From Acidimicrobiales bacterium (GTDB lineage: Bacteria > Actinomycetota > Acidimicrobiia > Acidimicrobiales > VFJN01), in contig DATFRN010000113.1 in NCBI GenBank assembly GCA_035263165.1, positions 35,235-99,234 on the forward strand: a DNA stretch of 64,000 nucleotides, in the 5' to 3' direction. Below the pieces are notes generated by a model. The model saw nothing but the letters and a program-made list of their open reading frames with translations, searched no databases and was not told the DNA's origin. Below are positions 30,243-39,683 of the stretch, piece by piece (positions within the stretch are counted from its first letter, which is position 1; the number at the start of each line of letters is the position of its first letter). The translations under genes were made by a program, and so were the position numbers.

Positions 30243-31427
30243 GTGAACGTGCTCGACGTCAGCGGGCTGGCCGTGGGCGGCGACGGGGTGGCACGCGAGC
30301 CGGACGGCCGGGTCGTCTTCGTGACCGGGGCGCTGCCCGGCGAGCGGGTGGCCGTCGCCATCGACAGCGAGCACCGCGACCACGCCCGCGGCCACGTCGT
30401 CGACGTCGTCGAGCCGGCTGCCGCCCGGGTGGCGCCGCCCTGCCCCCGGGTGGCGGCCGGGTGCGGCGGCTGCGGCTGGCAGCACGTCGAGCCGGCCGCC
30501 CAGGCGGTGCTCAAGGTGGCCATGGTCGACCAGGCCCTGCGCCGCCTCGGTGGCCTCGACGCCCCCGAGGTGGTGCAGGGCCCGCCCCTGCCCGCCACCG
30601 GCTATCGCACCACGCTGCGCGGCGTGGCCGACGCCGAGGGCCGCTTCAGCCTCCGCCGCCACCGGGGCCACGAGCCGGTGGCCATCCCCGGCTGCCTGGT
30701 CGCCCACCCGCTGCTCGAGGAGATCGTGGACGAGGGCCGCTTCCCGCCCGGCGCCGAGGTGACCGCCCGGGTCGGGGCCCGCACCGCCGACCGCATGGTG
30801 GTGATCGACGGCGACGCCGAGCCGGTGGCGGTGCCGCCCGGCGTGCGGGTGGTGACCGGCGCCGCCCTGGCCGCCGGTCGCCGGGCCTGGCTGTTCGAGG
30901 AGGTCCACGGCGTGCGCCTGCGGGTGTCGGCCCGCTCGTTCTTCCAGGCCGGCCCCGAGGGGGCGGAGGCCCTGGTCACGGCCGTGGCCGCCGTGCTGGG
31001 ACCGCCCCGGCCCGGCGACCGGCTGGCCGACCTCTACGGCGGCGTCGGCCTGTTCGCCGCCACCGCCGGGCGCCGGTTCCAGGTCGAGCTGGTCGAGGCG
31101 TCGCCGTCGGCCACCGCCGACGCCCGGGTCAACCTGGCCGACATGAAGGCCCGGGTCGTCACGGGCGACGTGACCCGCTGGCGGCCCCGGCGCATGCACG
31201 CGGTCGTGGCCGACCCGCCCCGGGCCGGGCTCGGTCCCGCCGGGGTGCGGGCGGTGGCGGGAACCCAGGCCTCCCGCCTGGCCCTGGTCAGCTGCGACGC
31301 CGGCGCCCTCGGCCGCGACGCCCGCCTGCTCGGGGCGGCCGGCTACCGCCTGGTGCGGGCCACGGTGGTCGACGCGTTCCCCCACACCGCCCACGTCGAG
31401 GTGGTGGCCGCCTTCGAGCGCGACTGA
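30243..31427 (+). CDS. TRAM-domain class I SAM-dependent RNA (uracil-5) methyltransferase (RlmD/TrmA family)
   Basis: Fe-S Cys cluster CPRVAAGCGGCGWQH, SFFQ, and the C-terminal ADPPRAG and SCD motifs. Confidence 0.8.
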   Translation: MNVLDVSGLAVGGDGVAREPDGRVVFVTGALPGERVAVAIDSEHRDHARGHVVDVVEPAAARVAPPCPRVAAGCGGCGWQHVEPAAQAVLKVAMVDQALRRLGGLDAPEVVQGPPLPATGYRTTLRGVADAEGRFSLRRHRGHEPVAIPGCLVAHPLLEEIVDEGRFPPGAEVTARVGARTADRMVVIDGDAEPVAVPPGVRVVTGAALAAGRRAWLFEEVHGVRLRVSARSFFQAGPEGAEALVTAVAAVLGPPRPGDRLADLYGGVGLFAATAGRRFQVELVEASPSATADARVNLADMKARVVTGDVTRWRPRRMHAVVADPPRAGLGPAGVRAVAGTQASRLALVSCDAGALGRDARLLGAAGYRLVRATVVDAFPHTAHVEVVAAFERD

Positions 31428-31562
31428 CCCCGCGACCGGACGGCGAGGTATCGCCACGCCCCGGGGCGGGAACGCCTGCCTGGGTGGCCCCGGCCGGGTG
31501 CGAGGAGCAGTGCACGGGCCCTCGCTCCCGGCCGGAGGCCCGTGAGGGCGCCCGGGGGACGC

Positions 31563-32495
31563 TCAGCCGTGGTGCTTGTGGATCCGGACGGTCGTGCCCG
31601 ACCGCTCGCCCGAGCTGAGCTCGACCAGGTCGCACAGCTGGTTCACCAGCCACAGGCCCCGGCCCGCCACGGCGTCGGCGGGCGGGAGCCGCCACCCGAC
31701 GAGGGGATCGGCGATCACCCCCGCGTCCTCGACCTCGAACACGAGGTCGTCGCCGTCGTCCCAGGAGCGCAGCACGGCTCGGCCGCCGCCGTGTCGCAGG
31801 CTGTTGGCCATCAGCTCGCTCACGGCCGCCACCAGGTCCTGCGCCGCGCCATGGCCCAACCCGGCGCGCCGCGCGTCGCGGTCCACGGCCGCCCGTACCT
31901 CATCCAGCGACGACAGGTCGATCGGCCGCTCGCGGGCCGTCGCCGGCGTCGGGCGCAGCTCCCGGGTGGGCGGGTCGGCCGGGTCGAGCGGCTCGTAGCG
32001 GGCGTTGGGGTACGACTCGCCGTCGATGCGCAGGACCGGATGGCTGCGCCGCATCTCGCGGACCGTGGTGCCGGCCAGGGCCCGGATGTCGTACGCGCAC
32101 ATCAGCCACCACGGCGGGCCGCCCTCGAAGGCGAGGTTCAGCAGGCGCTCGTAGCGCTGGCACTCGGCCAGCTCGTCAGTGCTGCGCTCGAGGGACACCG
32201 GCTCGCCGATGCCCCGGCCCTGTCGCCCCCCGCCGACCTCGCGCTCGGCAAACTCGTGCCAGACGTGGAGGATGCGCCCAGGGTTGCGGCCCACGACCGC
32301 CATGTCGGTGAAGGCCACCCGCTCGGCCCTCCCGCCCAGCCGCTCCCGCAGCAGCCGGATCTTGGCCGCCGGCAGCACGACCAGCACCGCGTCGCCGGCG
32401 TCCAGCCCGTCCTCGACGAAACCCGCGGCCCCCTCGACGAGCTCGCGCTCGTCGGTGTAGAGGAACGCCTCGTGGCGAAAGGCGCCGACGGCCAC
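31563..32495 (-). CDS. MEDS-domain sensor fused to an RsbW-like HATPase (anti-sigma regulatory factor type)
   Basis: N-terminal FRHEAFLY...VVL...VAFTD, typical of MEDS. C-terminal SELMANSLRHGGG ... VEDAG ... GRGLWLVNQLCD. Confidence 0.65.
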   Translation of the reverse strand: MAVGAFRHEAFLYTDERELVEGAAGFVEDGLDAGDAVLVVLPAAKIRLLRERLGGRAERVAFTDMAVVGRNPGRILHVWHEFAEREVGGGRQGRGIGEPVSLERSTDELAECQRYERLLNLAFEGGPPWWLMCAYDIRALAGTTVREMRRSHPVLRIDGESYPNARYEPLDPADPPTRELRPTPATARERPIDLSSLDEVRAAVDRDARRAGLGHGAAQDLVAAVSELMANSLRHGGGRAVLRSWDDGDDLVFEVEDAGVIADPLVGWRLPPADAVAGRGLWLVNQLCDLVELSSGERSGTTVRIHKHHG

Positions 32496-32504
32496 GCAGC
32501 GAGA

Positions 32505-33974
32505 CTACTTTGCCACTCTGTACGCCACGACGCCGCCGATGGGATTGGGGGGCGACACGATGAACCAGAACCCGTGCGGCACCAGCAGCCAGCCGTCGAC
32601 CACCCGGACGCCGGCGCCCATGTCGCCGCCCGGCTCGCTCGACCACAGGAGCTCGCCGGTGCGGGCGTCGAACGCCTGGAGCACCCCCGGCACCGACGGC
32701 CGGTAGACGACGCCGTCGGCATAGGTGATCGAGCCGAACGTGGCGCCGGGCAGCGACTTCTGCCAGCGCACCGCGCCCGTGCGGGCGTCGAGGGCGAAGA
32801 GGGTCGAGTGGTGGGTGTCGGAGGCGACGTTGCCGAGCTGGGACCGGTCCATCTCGTTGGACGTCACGTAGATCGTCTTCGGGCCGACCGCGGCGGTGAC
32901 CATGACGCCGCCGAGCATGCTGCCCTTGGTGAGCTCCCGGGCCCATACGGTCTCGCCGGTCTTCCGGTCGAACACGTCGAAGGTGCCCGCCTTGTCGCCG
33001 ACGCCGACCAGGTCGCGGCCCCCGGCCCGGAACAGGCTGGGCGTGGCGCCGATGTCGGCGTCGGGCCCCACCGGCGGCTTGGCGAAGAACGTCCACACGT
33101 CGTCGGCCGTGAACTGGCGCGACCACGCCAGCTTGCCGGTGTCGTAGCGGATGGCCAGCAGCGAGTCGGACAGGTGGCCGGCCGGGTGCTCGTAGGCCTG
33201 GCCGGTGCCGATGAAGGCCAGGTGGCGCTGGCGGTCGATCGCCGCGCTCGACCACACGGACGACCCGGCGCCGTCGCTGCCCGCGCTGACCGGCAGCCGC
33301 CAGCGGATCTCGCCCGAGGCGGCGTCGAGGCCGACCACCGAGCCGCGGAACGTGAAGTCCGCCTTGTCGAGCACCAGCTCGGTCGAGGCCACCCCGATGA
33401 CGATCAGCCCGTGGCCGTGGGACGCCGGCGGCGGGACCAGCACCGGGGTCGAGAAGATGCGGGTCTGGGGGTGGGCGTCGAGCTCCGTCGACCACACCTT
33501 CTGGCCGGTGTCCCGGGACAGGGCGTGGAGCATCCCGTCGGCGTCGCCCACGTAGACCCGCCTGGCGGTGACCAGCGCCGCGCCGTCGATCCCGAGGCCC
33601 TGCCGGGCGGTCACCGGCGTCGACCACGCGACCTCGCCGGTGCGCAGGTCGGCCGCCACCACCGAGCCCGCCCAGTTCCCGAAGTAGACCGTGTGACCCC
33701 GGACGGTCGGCTTGCCGGTCACGCCCACCTGGCCGTCGACCCGCCAGGCCTGCGTCAGCTGGCCGACGTCGCCGGGCCGGATCGGGTGGGCCGAGTGGCC
33801 CTCCCCGCCGGCGTCGCCCGATCGGGCGGCCGTCTCGACCCTGGCCCCCGCCGCCTCGGCGGCGCTGGAGCCGCCGTCGTCCCGGGCGACGACGATCACC
33901 GCCCCCGCCACGAGGGCCGCCACCGCGACCCCGACGATGCCCCCGACGACAGCCGTGCGGCTCGCGCGCGCCAT
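32505..33974 (-). CDS. Membrane-anchored PQQ-like (BamB-type) beta-propeller repeat protein
   Basis: Start at MARASR, with GGGGGGAAAG just upstream. N-terminal TM segment, then repeated propeller blades (VYVGDADGMLHAL, GEIRWR, GETVWA, GAVRWQ, GELLWS). Confidence 0.75.
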   Translation of the reverse strand: MARASRTAVVGGIVGVAVAALVAGAVIVVARDDGGSSAAEAAGARVETAARSGDAGGEGHSAHPIRPGDVGQLTQAWRVDGQVGVTGKPTVRGHTVYFGNWAGSVVAADLRTGEVAWSTPVTARQGLGIDGAALVTARRVYVGDADGMLHALSRDTGQKVWSTELDAHPQTRIFSTPVLVPPPASHGHGLIVIGVASTELVLDKADFTFRGSVVGLDAASGEIRWRLPVSAGSDGAGSSVWSSAAIDRQRHLAFIGTGQAYEHPAGHLSDSLLAIRYDTGKLAWSRQFTADDVWTFFAKPPVGPDADIGATPSLFRAGGRDLVGVGDKAGTFDVFDRKTGETVWARELTKGSMLGGVMVTAAVGPKTIYVTSNEMDRSQLGNVASDTHHSTLFALDARTGAVRWQKSLPGATFGSITYADGVVYRPSVPGVLQAFDARTGELLWSSEPGGDMGAGVRVVDGWLLVPHGFWFIVSPPNPIGGVVAYRVAK

Positions 33975-34041
33975 CTTTCCCCCCTGCGTTCCATGCCCGC
34001 CCCCGCACACTACGTCACGGTAGGTACACGGCGGGCGCGGG

Positions 34042-34410
34042 TCAGGTGCCGACGTCGGCGATGCTGCGCACGTGGCCGCTGACCCGGTCGAGCGTGCCGT
34101 CCTCGAGGCAGCCGGCCAGCCGCTTGCGCCCGTGCTCGCCGATCGCCGGGGTCACGGTCACCGTGTACCCGCCGTGGAGGTCGGTCACCGGGGTGGTCGT
34201 CTCGCCGGGGACGGTGGCGACGCACACCGACCACAGGGCCTGGGCCGCCCCGTCGTCGCCGCCCCGGTAGTGGCGGGTGCCGACGTCGAAGGCGACGACG
34301 GTCTCGGACCCCGGCCGCACCTCGTCGGGGCGGTTCTGGGTGAGGTCGGCCAGGCCGAAGACGCCGGCCACGCCGACCAGCGACAGGACGGCCATGGCGA
34401 TCGCCTTCAC
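34042..34410 (-). CDS. Small single-pass membrane protein, unknown function
   Basis: About 122 aa with N-terminal TM (AMAVLSLVGVAGVFGL) and high GC3. GTG 34410 overlaps the upstream stop by 4 nt. Confidence 0.45.
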   Translation of the reverse strand: MKAIAMAVLSLVGVAGVFGLADLTQNRPDEVRPGSETVVAFDVGTRHYRGGDDGAAQALWSVCVATVPGETTTPVTDLHGGYTVTVTPAIGEHGRKRLAGCLEDGTLDRVSGHVRSIADVGT

Positions 34411-34922
34411 GACCGCCCCCCGACCCCGACCGGGCCTCGCAGCAGGTCGAGGGGCTCGGGCCCGGTGGTGGCGAAGCCGTGGGCCGGCAGCGCCAGCCCG
34501 TCGAGCTGGGCGGCCAGGCCCCGCTCGGCCACGGGGGCCGCGGTGGCCCGGGCCAGCCGCTCGACGACCCAGGCCAGGCCGGACATCAGCACGCCGGCGC
34601 CCATCAGCACGGGCACGAACACGTTCATGTGCTCGGGCCGGCGCAGCCAGGCGAAGTTGGTCCGGGCCGGGGGCGCCGAGGACCGGATGCGCTCGAGCCG
34701 CTGGGCCCGGGCGTTGGCCTCCTGGGCGTCCAGCCGCTTGGTGACGACCTTCAGCCGCTGGGACAGGAGCGCCCCCATGACCGCCACCTCGGCGGCCACG
34801 AAGATGGCGGCCGACATGAGGGCCCGGTTCCACTCCCACCGGTACAGGTAGACGAAGGTGTAGACGCCGGAGGCGGCCAGGGTGGCGCCGCCGAGCAGGC
34901 CGCGGAGGATGCGGGCGTTCAT
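34407..34922 (-). CDS. Small 3-TM membrane protein, unknown function
   Basis: 171 aa. Its ATG overlaps the stop of the PEP-utilising gene (ATGA). Contains hydrophobic segments. Confidence 0.5.
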   Translation of the reverse strand: MNARILRGLLGGATLAASGVYTFVYLYRWEWNRALMSAAIFVAAEVAVMGALLSQRLKVVTKRLDAQEANARAQRLERIRSSAPPARTNFAWLRRPEHMNVFVPVLMGAGVLMSGLAWVVERLARATAAPVAERGLAAQLDGLALPAHGFATTGPEPLDLLRGPVGVGGRS

Positions 34923-37045
34923 CAGGCTGCTCCCGTCTCGATCGGGGCGGCCGTCAGGTCGATCACCGGCCGGACGCCGCCGCTGGTGCCGTCCACCTCG
35001 ATCACGTCGCCCTCGGCGAAGCGGTCCACGGCGCCGGCGTGGCCGACGACGGTGGGCACGCCGTGCTCGCGGGCCAGGATGGCCAGGTGGGACAGCGGGC
35101 TGCCGGTCTCGGCCACCAGCCCCGCCAGGCGGGGGATCACGGTGGCGAGCCGGGGGTCGAGGTGGCGCACGACCAGCACCGCGCCGAGCGGCGGGTCGTC
35201 CCCGGTGTGCACGGGGCCGGAGCCGACGCCGCCGCCGGCCCCGACGCCGCCGTCCTGGCCGGCGGGGGCGGCGACGGCCATGGGCCGGTCGTCGGTGGTC
35301 ATGCGGAACTGGGCCGGCAGCGGCCGGGGCGCCTCGGTGGCCGGGTCGTGCCGCTCGGCCAGGTCGTAGGGCACGACCCGGGCGACGGCGGCCGCCCGCA
35401 GCTCGTCCAGGCCGAGCAGCCGGACGGCGCCGTGATCGGGCAGGACGCCCACGGAGACCAGCCGGCGGCCGAGGTCCCAGGCGGCCCGGGCGGTCAGCTC
35501 CTGGACCCAGCGGGCCCGGAGCCGTAGCGCCTCCCGCACGACCGCGGCCTCGGAGTCGACCGTCGGCGGGGCGGCCGGCGCCGGCGCCCGGCCGCCGCCC
35601 AGCAGCGGCGCCACGGGGGAGTCGGCGCCGATGCGGGGCGGGGCCAGGGCCAGGACGACGGGGTTGGCCGCGACGAGGTCGTCGGCGTCGATGTCCTCGG
35701 CCTGGGCCTGGGCCAGGGCCGACATGGCCAGGGAGGCGGCCGTCACGCCGTGGCCGTCGTCGGGGATGAGCATGCCGGCCAGCGCCTCGTGGCCGTGCAG
35801 CGCCCGCAGGGCCGTGCGGCCGTTGTCGAGCACGGCCAGCAGGGCGCCGTTGGACAGGTCGTCGAGCGGCGGGACGTCGGCCAGGTCGGCATCGACCTGC
35901 TCGATCACGTCCCGGGCCAGGGCGGGCAGCGCCCGGCCCAGGCGGCCGGTGCGCCAGGCGCTGCGCAGGCGGCGGGCCGGCGGCCGGGGGTCGAGCCGGG
36001 CCAGGATGCGGTGCTTGACCGGCGCCACGCCCAGGTGGGCGAGGTCGGCGACGGCCCAGCCGTCGACGTCCCGCACCACGGCCGAGCGCCGCAGCGCCCG
36101 GGGCGAGGCGGTGCCGGTCAGCAGCAGGGCCTGGGTGAGGCCCTCCCCGAGCGGGGCGAGCCACAGGTCGGACTCGAGCCGGCTGAGCGGGTCGGGGAAC
36201 GTCTCGGCCACCGGGCCCGTGCCGAGCACGTGGCCGACGGGCTTGCCGGTGGGGGTCGTGATGGGCCGGCTCTGGAGCAGCCACAGCGTGCCGTCGTCCT
36301 CGACCGCCCACTCGATGTCCTGGGGGCCCCCGAAAGCGGCGGCCGCCCGGCGGGCCAGCGCGGCCAGGGCCCGCAGCTTGGCCCGCGGGAGGGGGAACTC
36401 GCCGCCGTCCTGGTGGTCGAGCACCCGGCCCCGGGGCGAGAGCACGGCGGTCCACCCGCCGTCCTGGCCGCTGACCAGGCTGTCGGGGCCGCCCTCGACG
36501 GCGGAGACCAGCAGCCGGTCGGTGCGGCCGGTGATCGGGTCGGCGCCGAACAGCACACCGCCCCACCGAGGCGTGAGCTGGGGCTGCACGAGCACGGCCA
36601 TCCGGGCATCGGGCACCGCCGCCCGGTCCCCGGAGGCCAGGACCTCGTCGACGGCGGCCATGAAGTCGGGCCAGGCGACGACGTCGAGCACGGAGGTGAA
36701 GACGCCCGCCATCGACGAGCTGCCGCCGTCCTCGTTGGTCGACGACGAGCGCACGACGACCGGGCGGGAGCCGCCGTCGCTCATCGCCTCCCAGGCCCCG
36801 CGGGCGGGGACTGCCCGCTGGGGGCGGGACGGGTGCGACCAGCCGGTGTGGTCCCAGGCGGTGCTGAGCACCACGCCGGGCAGGACGGGCAGCCCGGCGG
36901 CCCGGGCGAGGGCGAGGTTGGCGGCCTTGGCGCCGACGAGCGATCCGTCGGTCGCACCGGGCTCGGCGAGATCGATCAGGTCGGAGCGGCGACGAGCGGG
37001 GGATGTCGTCTCCATGAACGACAGGTTGCCGACCGGCGCTTGCAC
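34922..37045 (-). CDS. PEP/pyruvate-binding (PPDK_N ATP-grasp) plus C-terminal PEP-utilising phosphohistidine swivel protein (rifampicin-phosphotransferase-like architecture)
   Basis: GAKAANLALARAAGLPVLPG, VVVRSSSTNEDGGSSSMAGVF, DIEWAVEDDGTLWLLQSRPIT, and C-terminal ETGSPLSHLAILAREHGVPTVVG. No PEP/pyruvate TIM-barrel domain. Alternative start at 37015. Confidence 0.8.
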   Translation of the reverse strand: MQAPVGNLSFMETTSPARRRSDLIDLAEPGATDGSLVGAKAANLALARAAGLPVLPGVVLSTAWDHTGWSHPSRPQRAVPARGAWEAMSDGGSRPVVVRSSSTNEDGGSSSMAGVFTSVLDVVAWPDFMAAVDEVLASGDRAAVPDARMAVLVQPQLTPRWGGVLFGADPITGRTDRLLVSAVEGGPDSLVSGQDGGWTAVLSPRGRVLDHQDGGEFPLPRAKLRALAALARRAAAAFGGPQDIEWAVEDDGTLWLLQSRPITTPTGKPVGHVLGTGPVAETFPDPLSRLESDLWLAPLGEGLTQALLLTGTASPRALRRSAVVRDVDGWAVADLAHLGVAPVKHRILARLDPRPPARRLRSAWRTGRLGRALPALARDVIEQVDADLADVPPLDDLSNGALLAVLDNGRTALRALHGHEALAGMLIPDDGHGVTAASLAMSALAQAQAEDIDADDLVAANPVVLALAPPRIGADSPVAPLLGGGRAPAPAAPPTVDSEAAVVREALRLRARWVQELTARAAWDLGRRLVSVGVLPDHGAVRLLGLDELRAAAVARVVPYDLAERHDPATEAPRPLPAQFRMTTDDRPMAVAAPAGQDGGVGAGGGVGSGPVHTGDDPPLGAVLVVRHLDPRLATVIPRLAGLVAETGSPLSHLAILAREHGVPTVVGHAGAVDRFAEGDVIEVDGTSGGVRPVIDLTAAPIETGAA

Positions 37046-37103
37046 GCCGGTTGCCGACCGCTTGCAGGCTGGTCCCGGGGCCCGGCGGGCGCCCCGGGCG
37101 ACG

Positions 37104-37745
37104 TCAGGCGGGGGCGGGCTCGGCCGGCTCGCCGGGGCCGTCGGGCTCGGCCGGCGGGGCCGGCTCGGCTGGTGCGGACGGCTCGGCCGTCCCGGCGGGC
37201 TCGTCCGGCTCGGCCGGCTCCGGCGTTCCGGCGGGCTCGTCCGGCTCGGCGGGCTCCGGCGCCGCGGGCGGCGCGGTCGACTCGGCCGGCTCGGTCGGGG
37301 GCGCCGGCTCGACCGGCTCGGGCGCCCGCAACGACCGGTTGACGCGGAGCAGGGCCCAGCCGATGAGGACCATCAGGATGCCCATCCCGAAGGCGAAGGC
37401 GGCCACGCCGAACGACACGACCGAGGTGAACAGCGAGGCCCGCAGGAACGACGCGGTCATCACGGTGTCTCGGTTGGGGTCGTCCTGGGGCAGCTCGGCG
37501 TAGGTCTTGCCGCCGCTGGCCTCCAGGGCGTGCTTGCGGATGACGTTGGCCTGGGCGAAGGCGGTGAACGGCCCGTTGACGTCCTGGCCGCCGAAGTGGT
37601 CGGCGTCGTCGGATACGGTGATCTTCTCGTCGCTCAGCTGGTTGGTGACAACGACCCAGGTCACCACGCCCGCCGCCGCGAGGATGACGCCACCCACGAT
37701 GACCAGGACGGCCAGGAGCTTGACGGACTTCGGAGGGGTGCTCAT
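37104..37745 (-). CDS. Two-TM membrane protein with Pro/Glu/Ala-rich repetitive C-terminal tail
   Basis: 213 aa with TM segments near both ends of the folded part. The tail contains PEPAEPDEPAGT twice. Confidence 0.6.
   Translation of the reverse strand: MSTPPKSVKLLAVLVIVGGVILAAAGVVTWVVVTNQLSDEKITVSDDADHFGGQDVNGPFTAFAQANVIRKHALEASGGKTYAELPQDDPNRDTVMTASFLRASLFTSVVSFGVAAFAFGMGILMVLIGWALLRVNRSLRAPEPVEPAPPTEPAESTAPPAAPEPAEPDEPAGTPEPAEPDEPAGTAEPSAPAEPAPPAEPDGPGEPAEPAPA
37192..37263. repeat. Two tandem copies of a 36-nt unit inside the tail-coding region
   Basis: ccggcgggctcgtccggctcgg(c)cggctccggcg.. is repeated at 37192 and 37228. It encodes PEPAEPDEPAGT twice on the minus strand. Confidence 0.8.
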
Positions 37746-37808
37746 GGGGAAAGCATCCCGCCGGACCGGGCGCTGTCAAGCACCGTGCGTGCCGCCGGCA
37801 GGGGAGGG

Positions 37809-38867
37809 TCAGCGTTCGTAGACGGCCAGGTCCACGGCCTTGACCGACGCCCACAGCTCCTGGCCCGGCGCCAGCCCCAGCTCGGCCACCGCCGCCGGCG
37901 TGACCTCGGCCACCAGGTCGACGGGCCCGGCCAGCCGCACCCGTACCCGGTCGTGGTCGGCCTCCAGGTCGGCGACGGTGAGGGGCCAGGCGTTGCGGGC
38001 GCTGCCCTCGGGCTGGTGCGGCGACAGGGTGACGGCCTGGGGGCGCACGGCCACCGCCAGGTCGGTCCCGGGCAGCGGGTCGGCCGTCACCACCTCCGCG
38101 CCCGACGGTAGCCGCACGGTCCGGCCGCCGGCCGCCCTCCCCAGCAGCAGGTTCACGCCCACCAGCTCGGCCACGTAGGCCGACCGGGGCCGGCGGGCCA
38201 CCTCGGCGGTGGTGCCCTCCTGGGACACCCGCCCGGCCTCCAGCACGACGATGCGGTCGGCCAGCACCAGGGCGTCGACCGGGTCGTGGGTGACCAGCAG
38301 CCGGGCGCCGGGGAAGGTGGCCAGGTGGCGGCGCAGCTCGGCCCGGACGTGGAGCCGGGTGCGGGCGTCCAGGGCGGCGAGCGGCTCGTCGAGCAGCAGG
38401 ACCTGGGGCTCGGTGGCCAGCGCCCGGGCCAGCGCCACCCGCTGGGCCTGGCCACCGGACAGCCGCCGGGGCCGGGCGCCGGCCTGGTCGGCCAGGCCGA
38501 CCCGCTCCAGCCAGCCGGCGGCCCGGGCCCGGGCCTCGCTGCGGGCGACCCCGCGGGCCCGCAGCCCGAAGGCCACGTTGTCGAGCGCGGTCATGCGGGG
38601 GAACAGCAGGTAGTCCTGGAACACCACGCCGACGGGCCGCTCGGCCGTGGGGACGAACGTGCCGGTGGCCGGCTCGTCCAGCACCCGGTCGCCGACCGCG
38701 ACGCGCCCCTCGTCCAGCGGCAGCAGCCCGGCGATGGCCCGCAGCGCCGTGGTCTTGCCGGCCCCGTTGGGCCCGAGCAGGGCGACGACCTCGCCGTCGG
38801 CGACCTCGACCTCGAGGGCCAGGTCGAGCTCGCCCAGGCGCAGCCGCACGTCGGCGGCGAGCACCAC
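37809..38867 (-). CDS. modC: Molybdate ABC transporter ATP-binding protein with C-terminal TOBE/Mop domain
   Basis: Walker A GPNGAGKTT, signature LSGGQAQRVALARAL, Walker B LLLDEP. Located downstream of modA and modB. Confidence 0.85.
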   Translation of the reverse strand: MVLAADVRLRLGELDLALEVEVADGEVVALLGPNGAGKTTALRAIAGLLPLDEGRVAVGDRVLDEPATGTFVPTAERPVGVVFQDYLLFPRMTALDNVAFGLRARGVARSEARARAAGWLERVGLADQAGARPRRLSGGQAQRVALARALATEPQVLLLDEPLAALDARTRLHVRAELRRHLATFPGARLLVTHDPVDALVLADRIVVLEAGRVSQEGTTAEVARRPRSAYVAELVGVNLLLGRAAGGRTVRLPSGAEVVTADPLPGTDLAVAVRPQAVTLSPHQPEGSARNAWPLTVADLEADHDRVRVRLAGPVDLVAEVTPAAVAELGLAPGQELWASVKAVDLAVYER

Positions 38868-38873
38868 GGGGGC

Positions 38874-39683
38874 CTAGGCCGCCAGCCAGCGGTCGCGCAG
38901 GGGGATCAAGACGGCCAACGATACGGCGACCAGGATCAGCGACAGCGCGATCGCCGACTCCCGGTCGGCGCCCCCCGACTCGAGGTCGAGGAAGATGGCC
39001 AGCGGCATCGTCTGGGTCCGGCCCTGGAGGTTGCCGGCGAAGGTGATGGTGGCGCCGAACTCGCCGAGCGCCCGGGCCCAGCACAGCACGGCACCGGCGA
39101 TGATCGACGGGGCGGCCATCGGCACGGTGATGCGGCGGAACACGGTCCACCGGCCGGCCCCGAGCGTGGCGGCCGCCTCCTCGTAGCGGCGGTCGGCCGC
39201 CCGCAGGCCCGCCTCCACGGTCACGATCAGGAACGGCATGGCCACGAAGGTGTTGGCGAACACCACGCCGCTGAACGAGAACGGCAGCAGGATGCCGGTG
39301 GCGTCGAACAGCGGGCCGCCGAGCAGCCCGAAGCGGCCGAAGGCGAACAGCAGCGCCGCCCCGCCCACCACCGGCGGCAGCACCATGGGCAGCACGACCA
39401 GGCCCCGGAGGAACCCCCGGCCCGGCACGTCGGTGCGGGCCAGCATCCAGGCCAAGGGCACGCCGAACAGCAGCGACAGCCCGGTGGCGCTGAAGGCGCT
39501 GACCAGCGACAGCCGCAGCGCGTCGGTCACCACCGGCTCGCGCAGCAGCTCGGGCAGTGCCGACCACGGCACCCGCTGGATCAGCGCCACGAACGGCACG
39601 GCGACGAACGCCAGGGCGACGGCCGCCAGGGGCACGAGGGCCCAGGGCGGCCGGTCGCCGGTGGTGCGTCGTCGCCGGCTCAT
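38874..39683 (-). CDS. modB: Molybdate ABC transporter permease
   Basis: EAA loop YEEAAATLGAGRWTVFRRITVP. 269 aa. Its ATG overlaps the modA stop. Confidence 0.85.
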   Translation of the reverse strand: MSRRRRTTGDRPPWALVPLAAVALAFVAVPFVALIQRVPWSALPELLREPVVTDALRLSLVSAFSATGLSLLFGVPLAWMLARTDVPGRGFLRGLVVLPMVLPPVVGGAALLFAFGRFGLLGGPLFDATGILLPFSFSGVVFANTFVAMPFLIVTVEAGLRAADRRYEEAAATLGAGRWTVFRRITVPMAAPSIIAGAVLCWARALGEFGATITFAGNLQGRTQTMPLAIFLDLESGGADRESAIALSLILVAVSLAVLIPLRDRWLAA

